A stretch of DNA of 64,000 nucleotides from Rebecca billardiae RCC1528 (taxonomy: Eukaryota; Protista; Haptophyta): positions 1,798,001 to 1,862,000 of the forward strand of contig OZ251228.1 of assembly GCA_965240325.2 (NCBI GenBank), in the 5' to 3' direction. How positions within the stretch are numbered: position 1 is the first letter of the stretch; each line of letters starts with the position of its first letter. Below, one piece after another: positions 34,400 to 45,450 of the stretch. The position numbers and the translations under genes were made by a program. Below the pieces are notes generated by a model. It was not told where the DNA came from, did no database searches, and saw nothing but the letters and a program-made list of their open reading frames with translations.

Positions 34400-34830
34400 T
34401 GTCGGCGCGAGTCGGTGCACGTGGACAACAGCGAGCAGGGCGTGCCCAACTCGGCGCACTCGTCAGGGACGGATCATCAAGTTTCGTGCCAAGCGTACCC
34501 CCATACTGACTTTCAGTTTTATAAAGTCTTGGGACAGGCTTCCGGTCGGCCCCTGAAAGCGAGCGAGATCGTATTATATATTTGGAGATTGTGATCCCAT
34601 AATTACGGCGGCATCATCGTATTAACCATATTGGAAAATTACTCCAGGATTATAATGGCGGAGGCTCCTCGCCGTCTACGGCTCTACGCCAGGCCATGCC
34701 GCAGCCGGTACTCCGCCAGCTCTCGCGCCATGCGCTCGTTCCAGCCTGTCGACACGCGCGGGACAGGGCGTGTCGAGGGTGGGAGCGTAAGCAGAAGAGG
34801 ATTGAGTATCACACTCATCGCGTGGTCGCG

Positions 34831-35910
34831 CTACGTATGCATCGCGTGCCTTGGAAAGTCGCCGCTCACGCGCTGCGCACCTTTGGGCTCGTGCGGGTCG
34901 TTCACGTGCGGCTGGTCACCGATGAGGTCCGCAGGAAGCACACGCGCGCGCGCCGCTTCGAACGTGTGGTCCATCGCCGCCTTCTGCTCGCGAATCGCCT
35001 CGTCGGTGTCCATGTGCGTGAAGCGGCGCGTGAAGGACTCGACGTGCACGGGGCAGCGCACGCCGATGTGCATGAGCACGGCGAGCATCCCGGCCGCGTC
35101 GGAAGCGCCGTTTCGCCCGGGCACATCGCGGTCGAACTCGGGCTGCGCGCGGCGCGAGACGCCCGCCGTCGAGTCGTTCAGCTCGACCAGCGCGACCTCG
35201 TGCGGCTCGAGGCAGATCAGCTCCTCGAGGAGGGCGCCGGTGCAGTGCCAGTGGTGCGAGTCGAGCTTGAGGCCGACGTGCGACGAGACCCCCGCCGCGG
35301 CGGCGAGGCAGCGGATCCCCTCGATCGTGTGCACAAAGTCGTACCCGCCCTTGCTCGGCCGGCCGTGCACGCGCCTGTTGCCGTACGGGCCGAGGAACTC
35401 GAGCGCGAGCCGGATGTCGTGCTCGCGCAGCACCTCGCCGACGCGGCGGAGGCGGGCGGTGACGAGGGCAAAGTGGTCGGCGAAACGATTCTTTCGCGCC
35501 GCGTTCGACCACGGCAGCAGGTGGAACGAGGTCGTCTTGAAGCCGGCCGCGGCCGCGAGCGGCGCCTCGCGGACAAACTGCGCAAACTCCTTCTCGAAGA
35601 ACTCGTCGTCGGAGAGATCGTGCAGATGGCAGGGGAACCGCCAGCCGCCGGGCTCGAGACCGTGCTGCGCGAGCAGCGCGACCACCGCGTCGGGCCCGTG
35701 CTCGAGCAGGAAGTCCACGTCGAGATGCACCGCGTCGTACCCGTGCTTCTGCGCCATCGCGCACGCCTCCGGGAAGGGCAGCTGCTTGCCGAGCGTGCCG
35801 ATGTGTGGCCAGGGCACGTCCCAGTCGGAGTCGGTCACGTTCAGCGTCCTGAGCAGCTTGGTAGGCCAGCCCTTGCCCGCGGTGAGTGGGGGTGCGCCGC
35901 TGGATGCCAT
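34831..35910 (-). CDS. Sugar-phosphate isomerase/epimerase (xylose-isomerase-like TIM barrel)
   Basis: Intronless 359 aa with metal-binding-type motifs RLALEFLGP, GLKLDSHHWH, VELND, RDVPG and VHVESF. Confidence 0.8.
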   Translation of the reverse strand: MASSGAPPLTAGKGWPTKLLRTLNVTDSDWDVPWPHIGTLGKQLPFPEACAMAQKHGYDAVHLDVDFLLEHGPDAVVALLAQHGLEPGGWRFPCHLHDLSDDEFFEKEFAQFVREAPLAAAAGFKTTSFHLLPWSNAARKNRFADHFALVTARLRRVGEVLREHDIRLALEFLGPYGNRRVHGRPSKGGYDFVHTIEGIRCLAAAAGVSSHVGLKLDSHHWHCTGALLEELICLEPHEVALVELNDSTAGVSRRAQPEFDRDVPGRNGASDAAGMLAVLMHIGVRCPVHVESFTRRFTHMDTDEAIREQKAAMDHTFEAARARVLPADLIGDQPHVNDPHEPKGAQRVSGDFPRHAMHT

Positions 35911-37014
35911 CGGAAGGAAGTGGTGCTGGTGAGCTGCTTACGTTGCGAGCGGAGCGGACGAAAGTCGGCCGGATGGTGAGTGCGATGTCTGGGAATGAAC
36001 AGCCAACGGCGACACGGTGGCTTCTCGACTTTCTGAGAACTTCCGACCAAGCGGAAGGGGGTTCCGACGTGCGTTGTTTGGCCGTCGCCCGCGGGCGGCC
36101 GCCCGGAAGCCCGCGCGGAAATCCGGCGGACGGGCGTTGACGAGTCATGGATCAGGATGGCTGCCTCAGTCGAGTATGGTGGGCATGGGCGCCATGCAGA
36201 TCGGCAACTTGCAGACGAATGCAGATCGGACCATGTCCATGCTGATTGCTTGCATCAACCGAGACCGCGAGACGTGGCGTTGGATCGCTTGCTGGCGGGT
36301 GCACTTTCATCATTCCTGCACGGGTTCAGTGCCCGATCAGCCACCAGGTCCGGCGGATCCGCGACTGGACTGGCATCGGACACGGTGAGCGGCGGCGGCA
36401 CTGGCGCTTTACTGTTTACACTGAGTTACGCTGGGTCCGAGTTGATTCGTTGGAGGAGGTGATCCCTGCCTAAGGAGTAAGGTGATGCGGGCACTTATTT
36501 AAGAGTTGATTCACTGAGAGTGCACTGCAAGAGTCAAGTCTCACTCACTCCGTCACTCAACCGTCTCACTCTCACGGTCCGCCAACTCACAACTGACACT
36601 GTCTGACTGTGTCTCGTCACTGTCACACCAGTGGGTCAGGACTCAACATTGGACTCTGATCACAGACATCAGGCCACTCAGTCAGTCGGACAGAAGGTGG
36701 CGGGTCCACGGGACTACTAGCTTACTGCAACGTCGCCTCCGATCGGTCACTCGGTGAGTGCGCAACGTGAACGGCGCGCGCGACGAGCCGACGCGACTCA
36801 CAACCGCGACGGAAACGTCATCGGGCGCAAGCATCGAGCCACACCGTCACCGGGCGCAAGCTGCGACTCCGCGAGCCCGCGGCGAACCGATTTGCCCTGC
36901 CGCTGTGACTGTCCCGTTTGAGCGTTGAGTGCGCCGTGCGCGAGCCTCCGCGTGAGTTATATCGCAGCACGACGGCTCAGCAGCGCGCTGGCGTGGTTGG
37001 AGACCACAGCAGAC

Positions 37015-40000
37015 TTACGAGGCAGGCACCGCCGGCGTGGCGGTCGCGCGCTCGAGCGCGGGCGCGAGCGCGCCCGGGTTGATTGCGACGGACTTGGTGC
37101 AGTTGTCCGTCTTGTAGATGCCTGCGGCGCGCGCCGCGGCGAGGCGCGGCACGGTGACAGAGGCCCGGTGCGCACGCGCAGGCCCCGCGCGGCGCTCGGT
37201 GCTGCAAGCATCGGTCTGCGCAAGCGGCGCACCGACGAGCCTGTCGGCCAGCTCGAACATGTTGTTGCGCAGCGAGATCACGATGAACTGCGCGTCGCGC
37301 GTGCGCTCCTTGATGTAGTTGCCCACAATGCTCACGTTCTTGAAGTCGAGCGCCGCGTCGATCTCGTCCATCACGTACAGAGGCGTCGGCTTGTACCTGC
37401 ATGCACACGCGCACACAGCACGCACACGCGCACAGCACGCACACGCGCACACAGCACGCACACGCGCACAGCACGCACACGCGCACAGCGCAGCGCGTTG
37501 GTGAGGCGGCGCAGCATGCGGACGTCACGCGGGCACGCACGGCACGCGCACGGCGCAGCGAGCGCTCGCGAGCGCCGTGTTCGTGCAGCGCGGCACGCAC
37601 CGGTGCAGGGCAAACACCAGTGCCAGCGAGGAGAGCGTCTTCTCGCCGCCGCTCAGGTGACCGATCTGTTTCCATGACTTGCGCGGGGGGCGCACCGAGA
37701 AGACGATGCCCTGCAGGCGCGGGGGCGGGGGCGTGCGTGCGCGCCGCGCCGCAGCTGAGCGAGCGCGCACGCAGCGCGCGCGGCTGCGGCCGCTGCACCC
37801 CATCGACCGCGACGCCGTCACGCGCGCACACGCCCCGCACGGCCCGGCCCGGCGCGGAGCCGCACCTCCGAGAAGGGATCGAGGGAGTCGACGAGCTCGA
37901 GCTCCGCGTCCCCGCCGAGCGTGATCATCTGGTACATCTCCTTGAGATACGCCGAGATCGTGAGGAAGCCACCCATGAACTCCTCGTGCCGCGCCTTGCG
38001 CAGCCGCTCGAGCTCGGCGCGCGCGCCGTCGCGCTCGGCGCACGTCGAGTCAAACTCGCCGAGCCGGCCCAGCCACTGCCGGGCGGAGCGGAGCACGCAC
38101 GGCGAGGGGCGCGGGTGGTCGCGCGCGGGCGCGTGAGCGGCCACGCGCGCGCGAGCCGCGTGCCGCCGCGCCTCCCGCGCCTCTCGCACAACCAGCACCG
38201 GCCGAGCCCCCCGCGCGCGCGATCCGCGCACCTCGCCCTCCTTGGCCTGGTAGTCTGCGATCGCCTTCATGTTGGGCGCGAGCCGCCCCACGCGCTCCTC
38301 GGCCGCAGCGATCTCTTTCTGCAGCGCGCGCGCGTCGACGCGCGCGAGCTCGGCAGCGGTCAGCTCCGGGAGCTCGCCGCTGAGCGGCTCCGGCGCGGCG
38401 TCGTCGGCGTCGTCGGCGGCAGGCTGCTTCGCGCCGCGCTTGGCGCGCTTGCCGCCGCCGCGCGCCGGCGTCGCCTCGGCGCCTGCGGGCGTGCTCGCGG
38501 CGGCGGCCGCCGCGGCCGCGGCCGCCGCCTCGGCCAGCTGCGCGAGCGCGGGGCCGTGCTCCTCTGCGAGCGCGCTGACCGCCTCGCGCAGCGCAGCCAT
38601 CTTCTCGCCCCAGTGCGACGTCTTGTGCTTGAGCTCCTTGAGCGCGCGCTTGTACTCGTCGAGCTGGCCGGTGATGTCCACCTCGACGCTCTTCACCTTG
38701 GACAGCGTCTCGTCCGCGCCGCGCAGCGCCGCCTGCGCGGCCTCGACGGCGGCGGCCTGCTCGTCTGCCGCCTCCTGCGCGGCGGTGAGCGCCTGCAGCG
38801 CGCCCGCCGCCTCCGCCTCGAGCTGCTTGAGCGACGCGGCCGTCGCCTCGAGCTCGGCCGCCAGCCGCTCGCCGTCCGCGCGCAGCCGCTCCATAGCCTT
38901 GTCCGCCTTGGCTGCCGCGGCGCTCGACGCCTCCGCCTGAAGGGTCGCGCTCGCGCCCGCGCGCGTCGCCTCGCCCAGCGCCTCCTGCGCGCTCGCCAGC
39001 CTCGCCTTCTGCAGCTTGAACGCGGTGCCGCCCGCCGCGTCCATCTTGGCCTGCACCGCGCCCACCTTCGCGTCCGCCTTGGCCAGCCTCGCCTCCGCCG
39101 CCTCGAGCGCGCGCTGCGCTGCCGCGAGCTCCGCGCCCAGCGCCTCGCGCCGCGCCGCCTCCTCTGCGCTCAGGTCGGACGCGGCGCGCGCCGCGTGCGC
39201 CGCGTGCTGCTGCCGCTCCGCGTCGGCCGCCTGCGCGTCGGCCGAGCGCGCGGCGGCGTCGGCCTTCTTCGACTCGAGGCCCGCCTCGCGCGCGCGCTTC
39301 GCCGCCGCCGCCACCGCCTCCTTCGCCGCGGCGTGCGCGCGCCGCGCCGCGTCCACGTCCGCGGCCGCGTCCGCCGCGGCCTTCTCGAGCCGCGCGGCCG
39401 ACGCGCCGTCGCCGTCCGCGTCCGCCGACGCGTCCGCCGCCGCGCCGGCGCCCTTGCGCAGCCGGCCGCGCATCACCTTGGAGCCGCCGCCCGACATGGT
39501 GCCCGACGTGTCCACCACGTGCCCCTGCAGGCTCACCGTGCGCCGGCGCGCGCCGCCCGCGAACGCGACGGCCGTCGCCGCGTCGAGCGAGTCGGCGACG
39601 AGCGTGTCTCCGAGCGCAAAGTAGAAGGCGGGTAAGTATGCGGCCGCCGTGGGCTTGACGAGGTCGAAGAGGCGCTTGGCGCCGGCGGGCGGCTCGAACG
39701 GCGCGGCCGCGCGCGGCGCGAGGTGCGCGATCTTGTCCAGCATCACGAACGTCGCCACGCCCAGCTGCCGCCTGCGCAGCAGCTCGACGCACGCGGTCGC
39801 CGCCTCGGCGCTCTCGACGACGATGTGGTCGAGCGCCGCGCACGCCGTCGAGATCGCCACGTCGTACTTGGCGTCGATCGAGCCGAGGCCGCCGAGGCGG
39901 CCGTGAACGCCGGAGAGCTCGCCCTTCGCGCTCGCCGCGAGCAGCGCCGAGACCACCGCCGACTGCCCCTTCGCCGCCGCCGCCGCCGCCTTGCCCTCCT

Positions 40001-41777
40001 CGAGCGCGGCGGACGCGCGCGCGTGCGCGTCGGCCGCGGCGCCGACGTCGCTCGCCGCGCGCTCGGCCGCGGCGACGGCGGCGTCGTGCGCCTTGGACGC
40101 GTCGAGCGCGGCGCGCTTGGCCTCGTCGCGCGCGGCGTGCTTCGCCTCGCGCGCCGCCGCCGCGCGCTCCGCCGCCTCCGCCGCCGCCGCCGCCTTGGTC
40201 GCGCCGGCGGAGGCCTTCTGCTCGAGCAGCTGAGACTCTGCGCGCAGCTCAGCGAGGCCCGAGTTGGCGCCGGCGACCGCGGTGGCGAGGGGCGCGCGCT
40301 CGGCCTGCAGCGCCTCGAGCTGCTCGCGGAGCGGGCCCATCTCGCCCGCGACGTTCTCGTACATCGCCGCCACCTTCGCCTCCTCGCGCGCCACCTCCGC
40401 ACCGAGCCGCTCCGCCTCCGCCTCGTGGCGCGCTCCGTCCTGCTGCGCGCGCTCCGCGGTCGCGGCCAGCTCGCGCGCGTGCTTCGCCTCCTTCTCGAGG
40501 GCGGCCTTGGCCTTCTTCTGCTGCGCCTTGAGTGACTTGAGCTGCTCGCGCGCCTCGATGTCGCGCTTCTCGAACACGCCGAACTCCGCCTTCGCCTTCG
40601 CCGCCTTCTTGCCCAGCTTGGCCGCGTCCGCGGCCGCGCTCTTGGCTTCCGACTCGGCGGCCGAGCGCTCGCGCTCGAGGTCAGACGCCTTGGCGCGCTC
40701 GTGCTCGAGCTTGGCCTGCAGCTCGGCGCGCTTCGACTCGATCTCCTCCATCTCCGTCGTGGCCTCCGCCAGGTAGATCTGCGCGGCGGCGCCCGTCGCG
40801 CGCGGGTCGCGCCAGCCGCTCAGGCCGCGGCCGCAGGGCGGCGCGCGCACGCGGCGCGCACGCGGCGCGTGCGCGCGCGCGCGCACCTGGTACATCGCGC
40901 CGCGCTTGCACGCGAGCTCGTGCTCGAGGCGGACGTACTCGACGGCCTCGTCCTTCGCGCCCTCAAGCGCGTCCTTCTCGCGCTCCACCGCCTTCAGCCG
41001 GTTGAGCATCGAGCCGCGCTGCTCGGTGAGCGCCTCGACGCGCGCGCTCGACTCGCCGATCGCGTCGACGTGCCGGTTCGAGCCGATCAGGTCCTCGAGG
41101 TACTCGAGCAGGCCGTCCTCGTGCGGCGAGGGCGCCTTCGGCTTCATCATCGCGATCTGCTCGACCTCGCCCTGCAGGATCAGGAACCGGTTGTGGTCGA
41201 GGTCCACGCCGCGCTTCTTGCACAGCGCCGTCACCTCGCCAAACGTCGACGGCCGGCCGTCGACAAAGTAGCGCGAGCTGGCGTCGCGGTACGCGACGCG
41301 CGAGACCTCGAGCTCGGAGCCGGGCACGACCTCGTACGCGTCGCCCTCGAGATCGACGATGTCCGCGAAGTGCACCACGACGCGCGCGTGCGGGAGCTCG
41401 CGGTGCTGCTCCGAGCTGTGGATCAGGTCCGAGACCTGCGCGCGGAGCGCGCACGCGACGAGCGGCTCAGCCGGCCGCGGGCGCGCGGGCGAGTGGGGCG
41501 CGCGTTGGGCGGGGGGCGGTCCACCCGATACGGCAACGCGGCTCACCTTCGCCTGGCGCATCTGCTTCGCGCGCTTGCCGAACACGAAGAGCATCGCGTC
41601 GATCACGTTCGACTTGCCCGAGCCGTTCGGACCGACGACCGCCGAGAAGCACTTCTCGAACGGGCCGATCTCCTGCACGCCAGCGTACGACTTGAAGTTT
41701 TCGAGCACCATCTTCTGGATGATCAGGCGCTGCGGGCGCGCGGCCCCAGCGCTGCCCGTGCCCGGGCTCGCCTCCAT
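37015..41777 (-). CDS. SMC4: Condensin subunit SMC4
   Basis: LENFKSYAG, Walker A GPNGSGKSNVIDAMLFVFG, NRFLILQGEVEQIA, hinge GRLGGLGSIDAKYDVAIST, ITLGGDAELELVDSLDPFSEG, LSGGEKT, YVMDEIDAALD, FIVISLRNNMFE. Introns 41546-41436, 40886-40779, 38231-38076, 37865-37711, 37600-37397, 37232-37122. Confidence 0.97.
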
Positions 41778-41965
41778 GCTCCTCCCGATGCGAGCGTATC
41801 CGCGCTCCCGCGGCGACTGGTGGCCAGCGACCTGCTCAGCGGCAAGCGGCTTGCTTGCGCGATCGATTTGAAAATGCCATGCGCATCCGGCCGAGATCTC
41901 CAGATCGGGTCCGGTGCCGACGAGACGGCGCCCGGATCGGACCCGCATCGCAGCGGGCAGCGGCG

Positions 41966-42913
41966 ATGGCGACGATCCTGATGTGCGCCGTGGGAAACCT
42001 GCTCGCCGTGGCGGCGGCGGCGACCGGTGCGCGCGTCGGCGTGATTGAGGAGCGCTCAGTCGTGATCCTCATGCGCCATGGCGAGAAGGCCAAAGACAGT
42101 GGGGACACCCTCTCGCCGCTCGGCGAGAGGCGGGCCGAGTACACGGCACGGTGCCTGGGCACGGCTGGTGTGCGCACCAACGCGACACGGGCCGGGCCGG
42201 TGGTCGGTGTGGTGGCGTCCGCCTGGAAGAAGGGCCACTCGCACCGGCCCATCGACACGGCCAGGCCCCTCGCGCACTCCCTCGGCCTTCCCCTCGACGC
42301 CGTCGTCGGCAAGAAGGACGCGCACGGCCTCGCTGCGCACCTGCTGCCCAAGCTGCGGCCGAACGGCACCGTGGTCGTCGCGTGGGTGCACGAGGAGATC
42401 GCGGCGCTGGTGCGCGCGCTCGCGCCCAAGCTCCACCTGCCGCACCACTTCCACGACTGGCCGGGCAGCTGCGACAACGCCCGGTGGCGCGAGCCGCACA
42501 ACCTACCCGGCAAGCGCTGCTATGACGAGGCGTGGGCTGTGGAGCTGAGGCGACCGGGCGGCAGCGCGCGTGGATCGGCGTGGGCGGCGGCGAAGGTGTA
42601 CGCGGTGCAGCAGGGCTTTGCGGGCGAGGCGGATAGCGCGTGCGCCGACGATTTCGCACCGCTGCTCGGCGAAAGCGCCCCCGCGAGGCCGACCGACGCG
42701 GCGCATGCCGTTCAGCGCGGTGACGGTGGTGCCGCCGCCGACAAGGCACGCGGCGCGGACGAGGACGGCGTTGGAGTCGCCGTCGGAGCAGCCTTCGATG
42801 CCGAGGGCGGTCGCGGCGGTGTCGAACCAGTGCTGACGACAGCCGCTGCGCCGGGTCCGCCCGAGCAGTCGCGAGCATCAATGCGCATCCTCACGGCGAT
42901 GTGGGCACGATGA
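41966..42913 (+). CDS. Secreted histidine-phosphatase (phosphoglycerate-mutase-like) superfamily protein
   Basis: Signal peptide; VILMRHGEK, LSPLGERRA, RPIDTARPLA, VVAWVHEEI. Confidence 0.8.
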   Translation: MATILMCAVGNLLAVAAAATGARVGVIEERSVVILMRHGEKAKDSGDTLSPLGERRAEYTARCLGTAGVRTNATRAGPVVGVVASAWKKGHSHRPIDTARPLAHSLGLPLDAVVGKKDAHGLAAHLLPKLRPNGTVVVAWVHEEIAALVRALAPKLHLPHHFHDWPGSCDNARWREPHNLPGKRCYDEAWAVELRRPGGSARGSAWAAAKVYAVQQGFAGEADSACADDFAPLLGESAPARPTDAAHAVQRGDGGAAADKARGADEDGVGVAVGAAFDAEGGRGGVEPVLTTAAAPGPPEQSRASMRILTAMWAR

Positions 42914-43520
42914 TGAGTCGATGGCGTCGTCGCGTGCCATCTGATGACCGTCAATGTGACGCCACTGCGCCAATGATCTGAGTCGCCCTTCGGCGTGACG
43001 CCCAACCTGTCGTCGTCATTGTCGGTCTGCTAACTCTCATGGCACCAGGCTTACTGATGCCGCGCCGCTTGCCCGCTTGCCGATAAAGATATGATGGCCT
43101 ACCGCGCAATTCACAAGAATCAAGGAACCCTTAGCTTATATTATAATTATAATATATATAGTATAATTATATATATATATATATATAATAGTATTCGACG
43201 ACGATGTCTGACGCCGCTACGGCCGACGGCGCTACCGCGGCTACGCGCCGACTCGGCGGGCGGCGCCGCGGCGCCGACGGCTGCCTGGCTGCTGGCACCC
43301 GCCTGTGACTGCGCACGGTGCTGTGTGGACGACGAGGCGCCGCGAGGATATGATTATAAACTCAGAGTGCCCACTGTGGCTGCACGCACAGTGCGCAGCA
43401 TCAAAGTTGCGCACGCAATGATGAAAGAAGTCGATCGATCATCGAACCTGGCCGTCCGGCGTCCGCGCACTCGTCATTCGAGGTCGGGAGCACACGAATC
43501 GCGGGACGGCGCGGAGGACG

Positions 43521-45083
43521 TCAGCGCATCGCACTGCAGAGCGGTGGCAGCTGCGGCACGCGCTTCGGCACGGCGCGATCCTGCCACTCGCCTGTGTCGC
43601 TGTCGTCGTCATCATACTCGATGAAGCCGACGCCGTTGCCAAGAGCGCCCGTCCTCATGCCGCACGCGTGCACGCCGCCGTCCGCCGTCACAAAGAGCGA
43701 GTGGTGTGCGCCGAGAACGCAGTCGATCACGCGCGCGTGCTGGAAAGCAGGGACGCGTTCGGGGAGCCACTGGAAAATGGGCTCCTCCCTCACGCCCAGC
43801 TGGGCGTCCGTGTTGTCCCCGAACGTGTGCACGCTGCCGTCCGCGCCCAGCACTGCGCTGCTGTGCCGGGTAGCGCATGCGCGCACGGCGCGCACGCCTG
43901 CCAGCGCATCGATTCGTTTGGGCGCGGGCAGGCGCTGCCGTGGCCGAGCTGACCAGTCGCCGTGCCCGAGCTGACCACTATTCCCGTAGCCGAATGAGTG
44001 CACGCCGCCGGTTGCGTCCACCACCAGGCTGTGGTCGCCGCCTGCGGCCACATGCGTGGAGCGCACGCCTGCGAGTGCCTCGATGCGCTTCGGCCTGGGC
44101 TGCCGCCAGTCGCGCGCGGCAAGCTCGGCCCCGTCGAACCCGAGCTGCCCGCGGAGGCCGTAGCCGCACGAGTAGACGTGGCCGGTGATCGAGAGCAGCA
44201 GCGTGTGAGAAGCGCCCGCCGCCACGCCCCCGACGCGCACGCCGTCCAGCGCCTCAATGCGCGCCGGCACGCGCCGATTCTTCCTGTTGCCGTGCCCGAG
44301 CTGGCCTTCCTCGTTCACGCCCCAGCTGTACACGGCCCCGGCAGCTGTGATGGCTGCGCTGTGGTCTTCACCGGCGGCGATGCCGACGCCAACCTCGTGA
44401 GCCAGCGTTCGCAGCGGCACGAAGGCATCACAGTCGCCGAGGGCGCCCAGCCCCAGCTCGCCGCCCGCATTCTCGCCGCACGCGTACACGGCCCCAGCGG
44501 CATCCAGCGCGAGCACGTGCGCGCGGCCGGCGGCCACCGCGCGCACGCGCACCGCGGAGAGCGAGGGCACGCGCGTCGGCACCCTCACGGGCTGGTGGTC
44601 GGCCCCGTCGGCAACGCCACGGCCATGCCCGAGCGCAGCAGGACACCGGGAGACCCATCCGTCTTCGAACACGAGATCCTCCCCGCACGTGTGCGCGCCG
44701 CCGTCGGCGTTGGCAAACACCGAGAAGACGAGCTCCCGCCCCTGAAAAAGACCGAGGAGCTGTCCGGTGCTGGCAGCCACCACGCTTGCATGGGCGCACG
44801 ACAGCTCGACGATGCGCTCGCGAGCAAGCAACTCCTCCACCCACGTGCGAGCACGGGCGGGCAGCGTGGCGGGCAGCGCTTGCTCATGCCCACGAGCACG
44901 CACGCGCGCGCGCAGCACATGCTCGAGTGGCGCGCCGCGGAAAGGGCGCGCGGCAGCATTCGCGGCGGCAAGATCATGTGCGCAGTCGAGGAAGCCGAGC
45001 ACGCGGCCGATGACCTCAGGCGGAATGTCCACCAGCCGCTCCGCCGCCGCCGAGCGCGCCCGCCCTCGCGTCGTCGGTGCCAT
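43521..45083 (-). CDS. F-box + RCC1-repeat protein
   Basis: F-box-like LVDIPPEVIGRVLGFLD. Repeated VAAGxxH...GxVYSWG.N..GQLGHG units. Confidence 0.88.
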   Translation of the reverse strand: MAPTTRGRARSAAAERLVDIPPEVIGRVLGFLDCAHDLAAANAAARPFRGAPLEHVLRARVRARGHEQALPATLPARARTWVEELLARERIVELSCAHASVVAASTGQLLGLFQGRELVFSVFANADGGAHTCGEDLVFEDGWVSRCPAALGHGRGVADGADHQPVRVPTRVPSLSAVRVRAVAAGRAHVLALDAAGAVYACGENAGGELGLGALGDCDAFVPLRTLAHEVGVGIAAGEDHSAAITAAGAVYSWGVNEEGQLGHGNRKNRRVPARIEALDGVRVGGVAAGASHTLLLSITGHVYSCGYGLRGQLGFDGAELAARDWRQPRPKRIEALAGVRSTHVAAGGDHSLVVDATGGVHSFGYGNSGQLGHGDWSARPRQRLPAPKRIDALAGVRAVRACATRHSSAVLGADGSVHTFGDNTDAQLGVREEPIFQWLPERVPAFQHARVIDCVLGAHHSLFVTADGGVHACGMRTGALGNGVGFIEYDDDDSDTGEWQDRAVPKRVPQLPPLCSAMR

Positions 45084-45450
45084 GGTCGACAGCGGGTTCT
45101 CGGAGCGTCCCGCTGCCGGAGTTCCCGAGCATCACCCGAGCCCGTTCGTTATCGGAAGGGGAATGCCAAGGACCACTGCAAGGGCGCGGCGGGTTTTCAC
45201 TTTTCAGTTTCCTGCCGTGGGACATCACGACGTCTTCCGAACTTCAGCGGCCGGGCGGCGCCGGGCGCGCGAATTTTTGCGTCATCCGTTTGCAAGAGGA
45301 CCATGGCTCGGTGACAGCGTGGCGACCGGTCGCTCGGCAAGGAAACCTGCCGTTCGGGAAAGAGCGCGACCGAGACTCGGCACCGACCGCAGCAGCGCTC
45401 CACCGCCAGGCCCACCTCCCCGCACGACCGCCTCTCTCCCACCAGCCACG

